Of a stretch of 64,000 bases of DNA, positions 51,131 through 61,660 are shown piece by piece (within the stretch, counting starts at the first letter, position 1; each line of letters opens with the position of its first letter). Below the pieces are notes generated by a model, which saw nothing but the letters and a program-made list of their open reading frames with translations, was not told where the DNA came from and made no database searches. A program made the position numbers and the translations under genes. The DNA is from Glaucostegus cemiculus (lineage: Eukaryota): the NCBI GenBank assembly GCA_976551045.1, contig CDPCPM010000125.1:186001-250000 (forward strand). Reading direction: 5' to 3'.

Positions 51131-51339
51131 ATACTAGCAAGAATTTGTGTTTTTACTGTTTTGGGAGAAGTCGATTTTCTCGCTTTGGCATACAATCCAT
51201 TTGGTAACCTCTTCCTGCTACAGGACGTCCAACAGAGAGTTTGTTCCAAGCTTTGGTGTTGACCGACATGACCTCCACGGAACATAGACATATATATATA
51301 ATTAGGACCAATCTACCACGGATTTTGGCCAGGAGGACT

Positions 51340-52350
51340 AAATAAAAAGCCCATCAAGTGTCCTTGCCGAATGGGATGAAGAAAAATCCCAAGGCATATT
51401 ATACATAAGTAAAAATAAGAAGGTGACTAGGGAAAGGATAGGATAATTCATCGAGAAAAGTGGGAATTTATGCCTGGATTCCGAGGAATTGAGACAGGTA
51501 TTGAACGAAAAATTCACATCGGTAATCACCAAGGAGAAGGATGTAGGGAGTACTGAGATAAGGAGGGATATACTGATATTCTGGGACAATATGAAGGTGT
51601 GGGTTCTCTTGACGAACGTCAGCATCGATGTCCCCATAAGCTCCGTGCGATCTATACCAGTTTATTGACAGAGGAAAGAAGGGAGATTGCTGGGGCTTTG
51701 GCGGAGAGCTTTGTATCCTCTTTAGCCACAGGCGATGTACTATAGGGCCAGAGAATTACCAAAGCTGTTAATTTATTTAAGAAGATCAATGGGGGCAAAC
51801 TAGCAAATTATAGAGCGGCAAGTCTTATGTTAGCGGAAGGGAAATTATTGGGAAAGATTCTTAGCTATTGGATCTACTTACATCTGGAAAGGTAGGTACT
51901 GATTATGAATAATTAGCATGGCTTTGTGCAGCGGAGTTCATTTCTTTCAAACTTATCCGAGTTATTGAGGAAGGGCCGATGATGAATTGTGAGAATATGG
52001 AAGTGGCTGTTGTACACATATATTTTTGTAAAATATTTTACAAGGCCCCCATTGCGGGCTGATTCAAAAGTTTAATGCTCACGGAACTCATGATGACTTG
52101 ATAGATTGTTTTTTTAAAATTAACTTGGCCATATAAGACAGAGACAGCTGGTGGAGGGGTGCTACCCTGACTGGAGGTCCATGACCACGTGTGGTCCGCA
52201 AGCATCTTTGCTTGGAATGTTTGTCTTTAGTGATGTAAATATAGATTTTGGGCTGAAAACATAGGTGGGCTGATTAGAGAGTTTGCATATGACACAAAAT
52301 TGTCGCAGTTGTTAATAATGAGGAAGGATGTCAAAGGGCTCAATAGGATA
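51340..52350 (+). mobile_element. Degenerate CR1 ORF2 (RT) fragment
   Basis: KKNPKAYY, KVTRERIG, LNEKFTSVITKEK, HGFVQRSS-like segments, with many stops and frameshifts. Confidence 0.75.
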
Positions 52351-52359
52351 CAGACATCA

Positions 52360-53050
52360 ATAAACCTACTGTACTCGTCATGCCTCCTATATTCATATCC
52401 AAACTATACATTTAAATAAATCAGTAAAATTCCCATCACCGAAATCTGTGGTACACTGTTGGTCATAACTTTCTAATCACCAAAACGACTCTTATCATCT
52501 TCATCCTATTACCAAGCCAATATTTTATCCTATATTTCATGTTGCCCGGGATCCCACAAGTTCAACATTTTGTCAATTCTTCCAACTGGGAACTTGTAAA
52601 ATGTCTTATGACGTCCATGTATGCTGCATCAGCCGTACATTCATCATCGGTATATTTTGTTACCTCTTCAAAAATGCAATCAATTTAGGCAGAGAAGATC
52701 AACGCCTAAGAAAACTATGCCGAATATCTTTGATTAATTTCCACATTTACAATTGTTTACTAATCCAATCGATCAGATTTGTTTTTTCAATAGTTAATCA
52801 ACTGCTTCTGTAACATTCACAGGCCTTTGTTTACTGGCGTATTTCTGCCGGCCTTCATAAAAAAGAGGTGCTTCTGCATTTGTTGCATTCCCGTCATTTG
52901 TAACCCGAACTGTGAACAAGGAAAACTTGAAAAATCTTTCAAGGTCCGAGCACAATACTCCTTGGTTTCGGTAGCAATCTTGGATGAATTTCATTAAACC
53001 CTGGTGGTTTATCCACCTTTAAGTCTGTACATCATCTGACACCGTCTCTT
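52360..53050 (-). mobile_element. Degenerate CR1 ORF2 (RT) fragment, opposite strand
   Basis: TTTTGTTACCTCTTCAAAAA is the reverse complement of FEEVTK; GTCCATGTATGCTGCATC corresponds to the DVVYMD region. Confidence 0.6.
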
Positions 53051-53129
53051 TAATGATAACATGCTCTGGAATTTTACCGGATGTTGATTATTCCATATGT
53101 AGGAATATAATCGACTCCAGAGAGTCAAA

Positions 53130-54200
53130 GAAAGATTTAGGAATAAAACCAGGTAAAGCCCGAAATAGATACCTAAATCTAGGTAAAATATTCATCTTAA
53201 TAACATTAATTCGGCCAATCAATGATATAGAAAGGGGAGACTAACTTGATAAAACCCTTTTCACATAGTGCAGTAAGGTGAAAAAAATCTTTAAATTAAT
53301 GCTTATAATTTGTTAGTAATTGACACCCCCCAGACAGGTGAAATGATTTCTTACAATTTTAAAAGAAATGTTAATATTAAATGGTATCAGGTTATTCAGA
53401 GGAAAAAAAAACACTCTTGTATAAGTTCAATCTGTAGCCTAAAAAGTGACTAAAGCAAGAAAGTAAAGAAAGCATAGCAGGTAACGAGGCTTCAGCTTTA
53501 GATATAAAATAATAACTCACCAGCATATAAAGAAAATTTATGGATAATACTTCCTCTGGAGATTTCAAAGATATCTCCAGTTTCTCGGAGAGAAATAGCT
53601 GATGTTTCTAAGGACAAATCAGAGAGCAAATGTCTCAAAGGACATCCCTGTTAGGTTCCACATTGAAGTTAAAAAGATTTAGAATTTTGAAAATTAGTAA
53701 GAACTGGAGCAAAAGGGGATAAATGAAGCAATTTAATCCTTTGGATAAAATCGGGCCCAAAATTAAATTTCTCTAAGGTTTTAAATAAGTAATTCTATTC
53801 AATCCGATCTCAGCATCAAGAGATATCACAACTTCCGATATTTCCTTAGAGGGGGAATAGATAATATTCAATAAACGAAGATTGTTAAAATGAGAATATC
53901 GGTTTTTAATAAAAGCATTCTGATAATCGGATATAATTGAAGGTAATATACCAATCTAAGAGCTAGATCTTTAGATAAAATTGTAACATCCAAATTAAGT
54001 AGCGAAATTGGTCTATACGAAGCACATTCTGTCGGGTTATTCTTATTCTTGTTTTTTTTAAAGAATAAATGAAATGGAAGCTTCATAATAAGATTGTGGT
54101 AATCTACCCAATTTAAAAGAATCCGAAAAGACAACACATAAATGAGGTATAAGCAAAGAGGAAAAGGCCTTATAGAATTCTCCAAATGGATATAAATTCT
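53130..54200 (-). mobile_element. Degenerate L1/Tx1-like LINE reverse transcriptase fragment
   Basis: PTECASYRPISLLNLDVTILSK, VISLDAE, LEKFNFGPDF, QGCPL, KISLYA motifs on the minus strand; disrupted. Confidence 0.75.
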
Positions 54201-55232
54201 AACGCCTGCCAGTCGTAATGACTTCTCAAAGTTTCGGCATTGCTTCAGCCTCCTGGACATCCATTAGAAATCCCTATTTCTCCCTAGTCCGTTATTTCAA
54301 ACTCGATATAAAGCAAAGTGTTCATCAGTCTTCCTGGAAGTTTCAGGCCATCGTTCGTCCTGTTAACACAACCCTAATCTCTATATGATCTTCGGAATCT
54401 GTCGGCTCATTGCTACTGACACCCTCTTCCTCAAAATGCCAACCATCATGAACCCTTATGACTGTTCCCATGCGCTTCTGTTACATGCCTATGAATATAA
54501 TTGCAACCAATAGTGATCTCCGTTGTTCTGGACCTCTCTATAAAGAGTAACTCCTCAAGAAACCGAAGATTACGTTTCCTATTATGTGTATATAAGTCCG
54601 TTCCTACGGTTATCGTATCTCCTGCTCCAAGGCCCATGATTCTCAACTGTTTAGATCCAAATCGGCACCTCAAAAACCACACACACTGCTATCAGAGTCC
54701 CTTGTTAATATCCTAATGTTTGACAAGATTCGGCCTCTTTCACCCCCATGACCATTCCCTTCCCCTATTGTTCCCAAAGATGTGTGGCGGCCTCCTTCAG
54801 CCCTGCTGAAGGTCCTGTATTCTTATCAACACAATCTTGTACATTGAAAATGCAATACAGAGAGAAATGTAATTTTCCTTTTTCCCATCTTCCAGTAGTT
54901 CGGATTTCAATCTGGTTCACAATTATGCCCACCGATTTTACACTGTTCACGCTTTACTACTGAGCCCCTTGCATCTTTGTCAGCTCATCTGTTCAGTGAC
55001 CTTCAAACACTTCACCAAAGATGTCGCAAATTTAAATGTGGTGCAGAAAGTGTTGAATTGGAGCCTTAAACGAACTTGTTTGTTCAGCGATCGAAACTGA
55101 GCTTTGTCTGTCTGGACCCAGATTAAATCATTGGTGCATATTCTTCTACTATTAATATGGAATTCCTTGGAATGAGTTTTAATTTAATACCACGTAGCAG
55201 CACGCAACTGACAACAAAGGCTAAAGGAAATC

Positions 55233-55266
55233 GAGAGAGAGAGAGAGAAAGAGAGGAAGGGAGAGA
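55233..55266 (+). repeat. (GA)n purine microsatellite just upstream of the GPCR start codon
   Basis: GAGAGAGAGAGAGAGAAAGAGAGGAAGGGAGAGA. Confidence 0.8.
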
Positions 55267-56399
55267 TTAAGGACATTGAATGATGGATTGGAACAATCAG
55301 TCAGTGTGGAGGACTGTTTTTCCGTTTATTAAATATACTACTGCAGAAGGGTCACGATTAGAATGGCGAATATATTTTGCACTCAGAACCATCCAGCCGA
55401 TTTACTATCCAATTCTTGCAATTTTTGCTGTTCCTGGTAAGTATATTTATTGAGGTATTGAATTATTGAGCACTCAATTTCCTTGCCTTTGCTGTTACTG
55501 GCATGATACTGATTCCACGTATTAACGTGATAAATGAACAATTGTCAGCAGTTGAATATGATGCTTTCACACTGCCGTCTTTGTATTCAATGGGAAGTCT
55601 CAACGTCTATCTAAGTGTTGGAAATGAAAACTATCCCTGTTTATTACTTAAATATTATTGTGATTTTAATACTGTGTAGACTGTGCATATTGCATTCAAC
55701 ACACCATCCCTTGTCCAGTGCGTCATACAAGCATTTCTCAGAATGAACAATGTAAATAACTCGATCTACTCCTTCATGTATGTGTGCTATTCTCTGTCGA
55801 GCTTTATTATCGAATGTGCCACCAAGGTGTGTTCAAGCTGCTACTACATGATCAATACAAGCGGTTGTTTTGAGGCAAGTCTCTTCCGCTAGTTCTATTT
55901 TTGTCGCATTACCTTAAACGCCTGCGCTCTTGTCACTGACCGATGTGATTAGAAACGCATTATCATGAAATAATCTTTAATTATTATTATGATAGAGTGG
56001 TTTGAATATGGGTAGCACGTAAACCTTGACATTCCAAGTTATATCTGATTTTAGCTTGAAAGGAATGAGATAAAAGCTGGAATATTGACAAAAGGAATAA
56101 TGAAACGATAAATTTCAACAAACAAGGCCGCATGCCACATGGTATCAACTGAGGAGCAAGGTAAGTAGAAACCAGAATTTTGGTAATGGATTATAGACCA
56201 GTAAACAAACCGAAAAAGAGAGAAGAACATGACTGTGAACAATTGCAAACGGACAAGGACAGTGAAAATGCGAGATTTAATTGTGCTTTAGATCGTGGGT
56301 GTAGAGGGAACAGTTTTCTAAAACTGCATCCACAAGAAACATTTAATCTGCTTGCGACAATCCCAGCATGAGGGAGTGGAGTTAAGTTGGTATTTAATT

Positions 56400-57960
56400 T
56401 TCACGAATGAAGTCACGCAGATGGGTGACATAAATTCTCGAGAACTTCTGAGATAATTCGATTGGACTTGAAAGGTATGGAAGAGGGCAATGATTCGCCT
56501 CAGAGGGATTGAGCTAAAGTGACCCGTAAGGAAATGATTGATGGTAAAATAGTCCTGGAGTAATGGGGAACGGTATATAAGTTGGATAGTCAAGGAATTC
56601 AGGGTGAGTGTGCTCCAATCAAGAAAATAGACGACAGTCGATTAGGAAGAAGAGACGGTCGATATGCAACCAAAATATTATTCCACTCCAGTGTAATTTA
56701 TGTAATAGGAAATACGGGAGAGTGCAAAATGTATGATAACACAATTACAAGCGGTCTGGAAGGAAAACGCAAAAGGGATTTGTTGTAGGTGTATTAAAAG
56801 GAACAGATAACAGAGAAGGAGAGTAGTCCATTGGATTCAGGAACGATTTACCTTACTTGCAGTGGAGGATTAAATAATTTTACTATTGAATATCTTGCAA
56901 TTGCTTTTGCAAAATAGGAAGATATTATTAATATTGTAGTTTAAATGACCGTAGAAAATGTTGCTCCGATAAGTACAGTAAAGTACGAAGAATTAAAAGT
57001 TATTTCTTCTTTTGAACTGGATAATTGTTCATGGCAGAATGAAATATATCGGAGACTCTGACTGCAACTAGTTAAACCGCCAGAAATACATGAGTATTCC
57101 AGAGTACTGGAGAGTTACTTAATTATTTTTTGTTGTTGTTTAAGAAAACAGAACGAGATAAATCCAGTTCGTTTAAATTCGGCCGTGGGCATGTTATTGG
57201 AGACAGTGGGAAAGTTCATGACAAATACATATAGTACTGAAGGAGGGTCAGTGTAGATTTGCAAAGGAAACGTCGCTCCTGTTTGACGTTATTTTCCTTT
57301 CGAATATCTAACAAGAAGGAGACACATTTAATACAATGTGTCTCCTTGTTATCTATTCGAAAGGAAAATAGCTTTCCCTTTGCTTATATCTCTCGATAAC
57401 TCTTTATATTTTATAGTAATTGAGTAAACCCTTTTTAACTATGAAGGGACGATGCTATATAAAGTGGGCATCTGGAGAACAAAAACAACCAAGTTGGATT
57501 TTCTTTTTATGTTACGCAACAGATTACCGGAGTGAAACTGTTACGGTTTGATTTCAATGACATTTCACAATAACTAAAACAGAAACAAGATGTAAAATCC
57601 ATTAAAACAGTTCGTAAAGAGTAATTGAAAGAATTGAAGTAAAGCTCTGTTTACAATCGAGGCAGTAGAAAGAAGGAGCTGTTGAACGATACGGAAGTGG
57701 AACGTCACTAAACGCAAAATGGACCCAGAGGAGATGCAAAGTGGAGTGGAAAACGATAATAGTTCTGGTTGACACCTGAGCTGACGTTAATCAAAATTGA
57801 ACTCAAATGCACAAAAATTTCCAACTCAATAGGGGGTATTTTTCTTTCTGTGCCATTCTTGTACATCTTGACAAACCTTTATCCCAATATACAGTGAAGG
57901 CTGAGTAATTGAGTGTTTCTTTGAATGTCCGAGACGGAAGGAACTTTGAACTTGAGTAAA
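56400..57960 (+). mobile_element. Very old CR1 ORF2 remnant in the GPCR intron
   Basis: ATAACAGAGAAGGAGAGTAGTCCATTG (ITRERVGPL-like), ATTGAATATCTTGCAATTGCTTTT (NEYFASVF-like), CAGTGTAGATTTGCAAAGGAA (QHGF.KG-like). Confidence 0.45.
57290..57370. repeat. 81-nt near-perfect inverted repeat (hairpin)
   Basis: TATTTTCCTTTCGAATA pairs with TATTCGAAAGGAAAATA (17 bp); AAGGAGACACATT pairs with AATGTGTCTCCTT (13 bp); 6-nt loop. Confidence 0.9.
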
Positions 57961-59950
57961 CTCAAATATTATGACCAACATGCAGTGAAGTGGATTGTTA
58001 CAATGAGGAGTTCCGCGATGATGCTACACAATGGTGACGCATGCGTAATGGATTTTAAAACCAAACCCTTCGGCTTACCAGCCTCTCGTCTCTTATAAAT
58101 ACACTTAGTCTAAGCTGTTTTGGGGTAACCGTGGACGTCCCATATAGAGGTCACTTCGAGACGAAGTTGTTAACGCATGAGCGAGAAAAGAACCCACTTC
58201 ACACTAACTTGATGAATTGAAAGAATGTTCTGAAAAGTTGCCGTCCAATCGGTATTTATCGAGAGTGTAAAGTGGCCTTTATCGTGAACTACAAATTGGT
58301 AGACTTCTTCGATGGAAATACATGATTTTTAACAGTTTTGTCCCGCCACTTTCTATAATGAGTGTGTATATAGGCATCCACATTTTTCCTACCCTACACC
58401 AACTGTAGCATTGTACCATTGGTCCGAGGTTTCATTCTACCTCTGATGTCTTGAATGGTGCGAGACCTCTTTGTGCTAAGCAGCATTCTCCTGTGCCTGT
58501 TTATTTTACTCTTCGACTCCTCTTCATATGAAGGCCTTCATTCCTCTTAACACGTCTTTTCAACATTTATTCGGATGCATTTCCTTCTGCATGTTGATAT
58601 TATAAAAACCCTTGTAATTCCTCTGAGTTGATATGCGTCAATGTGACTGAGTTCCTATGCGAAAAATCAGAAGACTATTACCGCGATTCATCGCTTGAAG
58701 TATCACCTTCACTGCAATGTCTGCACTCTCTGCGTTTATGCATTTAAAATATATGCAGCAGATCTCCATTCCTGGGCTCTGGGTAACGATCGAGAGAAAG
58801 AATCGGTTATTGTTTAGAGCATTTGCCTGGCTGGTTTCTCCCATACTAATTAATAAATACTGTGTGACGATTTAGCTCAGGAAATTCAATTTTAATTGCT
58901 AATATAAATATTGAGTCGCTGGTAATTTTCCGCAACTAGAACTGTGGCAAATCCAACGTCAACCCTAAATTATGATACTGAATGGAACGGGCTTCTGAGC
59001 GTATTCCATGAAAGTAGTCAAAGAATTCGAACAATGCTCACGCCACGCTGAATGGCAAGAAAAGAATTCGGAGCCTGTGCTCACTCGTACTGCATGATTG
59101 GGTAACGATCAGCGAAGAAAACTTAAATAGACAGCATCACTAGGCTTGATTTCAAAACGACAATTCCAGATTAACACTGTTTCAACGTGCACTGGTTAGA
59201 AGAAGGACTACATTTATTTAATAACGCTGCGCTATTAATAATGATCTGCAGGACGAAGCTGGGCATATATCCCCACACTAAATGAAGCTCCATCGTCAAT
59301 GCTGACAGGAATAACCCTGGGCGTATTTCCAAACTACTCTTTGGTCACTACGTACTGACGAAAATATGACTTTCGACTGATCACTTTGCATTATCACCAG
59401 GTCACTGGATAATAGTTAGGAGGAAGAACTTGACTATTTGAGCTCAAGAACGCAAGGCAAGTAGCATTATTTTCCCAACAGAAACTGTATCTCTTGCATA
59501 AACTTTTCGGTGCTTTTGAGGAGAAGCAGAAATCTGGGCAAATTCCAGTTTGCACTAACCAAATGTCCTGGAGGAATAGATTGAGCGGGATTGATACAAC
59601 ATACCCTAAATCAGTGCGATTGGGCGATGACCAGAGCAAGAAACTTGGCTGAATCTTCCTCAGTAATCAGAAATACATAAATACTCATCGTGATAACAGC
59701 TGAGTCTTCTGGACATGAAAACATTGTTACTATCTGTTGACCAGGAGCAATAAACTGAGCTAGCTAAATACGCATACGTATCCTACAAGTGAAATGCTAG
59801 GTATAAAAAGAGTGTAACTGATTGCTGCATACTGGAGTCTCAATCACGAACAGAAACAAAATCATCCACCCAAAAAATAACAAATGCCATGAAAATGCCA
59901 GCATCATCAACGTTGATTTATTCTTCCACGATAACCGAGTGATAAAGGGA

Positions 59951-61660
59951 AAACATAGAACATAGAACAATACAGCACAGAACAGGCCCTTCGGCCCATC
60001 AAGCTGTGCCATCCTACAAACATCTCCCAAACTAACTCTTTCCACCCTCATATCCTACTATTCCACATTCTTCCATGTGCTTATCTAACAATCTCTTAAA
60101 CCTGTCCAATGTATCTGCCTCCACTACCACCCCAGGCAGTGCATTCCATGCACCAACCACTCTCTGGGTGAAAAACTTCCCTCTGACATCTCCCCTATAC
60201 TTTCCACCAATTATCTTAAAGGCATGCCCTCTCGTCTTGAGCATCTGCGCTCTGGGAAAGAGGCGCTGACTATTAACTCTATCTATTCCTCTCAATATCT
60301 TAAACACCTCTATCAAGTCCCCTCTCATCCTCCTCCTCTTTAATGAGTAGAGCCCTAGTACCTTAAGCCTCTCTTTATATTCCATACCCTCCAATCCAGG
60401 CATCATCCTGGTAAAACGCCTCTGCACCCTCTCCAACGCCTCCACATCCTTCCTATAATGCGGCGACCAGAACTGAACACAATATTCCAAGTGCGGCCTA
60501 ACTAGAGTTTTGTAAAGCAGCATCATCACCTCTCTGCTCTTGAACTCAATCCCTTTATTTATAAAAGCCAACATCCCATAAGCCTTCTTAACAGCCCTAT
60601 CCACCTGCGAGGCAACTTTGAGCGAACTGTGGATATGAACCCCCAGATCCCTCTGTTCCTCTACACTGCCAAGAACCTTACCATTTAACTTATACTCTGT
60701 CCTGGAGTTTGTCCTCCCAAAGTGTACCACCTCACACTTCTCCGGATTAAACTCCATCTGCCACCTGTCAGCCCAGTTCTGCATCCTATCAATATCCCCC
60801 TGTAAGCTCCTACAATCCTCCACACTATCTACCACACCACCGATCTTGGTGTCATCTGCAAACTTACCAACCCATCCCTCCACTCCTTCATCTAAATCAT
60901 CTATGAATATAACAAAGAATAGAGGCCCCAGAACCGATCCCTGCGGGACTCCACTAGTAACAGCCCTCCAATCCGAGGGCACTCCCTCCACCATAACCCT
61001 CAGCCTTCTACAGGAAAGCCAATTTCTTATCCACACAGCCAACCTCCCCTGGATACCTCGACCTCTGACCTTCTGAAGAAGCCTGACATGAGGAACCTTA
61101 TCGAACGCCTTACTAAAATCCATATACACCACATCCACCGCCCTGCCCTCATCAAGCTTCCTCGTCACCTCCTCAAAGAACTCTATCAGGCTCGTGAGGC
61201 AAGATCTTCCCTTCACAAAGCCATGCTGACTGTCCCGAATCAGTCCATGACTCTCCAAGTGCTCATAGATCCTATCCCTCAAAATCCTTTCCAACAGCTT
61301 ACCTACCACAGACGTGAGACTCACCGGTCTGTAATTTCCCGGACTATCTCTACTGCCCTTCTTAAACAAGGGAACAACATCCGCTACCCGCCAATCCTCC
61401 GGCACCATCCCCGTGGACAACGACGACTCAAAGATCCTCAGCAGCGGATCAACAATCTCCTCCCTCGCCTCCCGAAGCAGCCTGGGGAATATTCCATCAG
61501 GCCCCGGAGACTTATCAGTCTTGATATTACTTAACAATTTCATCACCTCCTCCCTCTCTATAGCTACATACTCAAGAACATTACCCTTGTCAGCATTCAC
61601 CGTCACATCATCAAGGCCCCTCTCCTTGGTGAATACAGAGGAGAAGTATTCATTTAAACA
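59951..61660 (-). mobile_element. Young 5'-truncated CR1-clade LINE, antisense in the GPCR intron
   Basis: (CATAGAA)n tail at left; uninterrupted RT ORF; 5' break just before LNEYFSSVFTKE. Confidence 0.93.
60032..61606 (-). CDS. CR1 ORF2 C-terminal fragment: reverse transcriptase domain (not a complete gene)
   Basis: KSPGPDGI, YRPVSLTS, SQHGFVKGRSCLT, YMDFSKAFDKVPH, GVPQGSVLGP, FADD; 524 codons without a stop; no endonuclease domain. Confidence 0.9.
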   Translation of the reverse strand: MTVNADKGNVLEYVAIEREEVMKLLSNIKTDKSPGPDGIFPRLLREAREEIVDPLLRIFESSLSTGMVPEDWRVADVVPLFKKGSRDSPGNYRPVSLTSVVGKLLERILRDRIYEHLESHGLIRDSQHGFVKGRSCLTSLIEFFEEVTRKLDEGRAVDVVYMDFSKAFDKVPHVRLLQKVRGRGIQGRLAVWIRNWLSCRRLRVMVEGVPSDWRAVTSGVPQGSVLGPLFFVIFIDDLDEGVEGWVGKFADDTKIGGVVDSVEDCRSLQGDIDRMQNWADRWQMEFNPEKCEVVHFGRTNSRTEYKLNGKVLGSVEEQRDLGVHIHSSLKVASQVDRAVKKAYGMLAFINKGIEFKSREVMMLLYKTLVRPHLEYCVQFWSPHYRKDVEALERVQRRFTRMMPGLEGMEYKERLKVLGLYSLKRRRMRGDLIEVFKILRGIDRVNSQRLFPRAQMLKTRGHAFKIIGGKYRGDVRGKFFTQRVVGAWNALPGVVVEADTLDRFKRLLDKHMEECGIVGYEGGKS

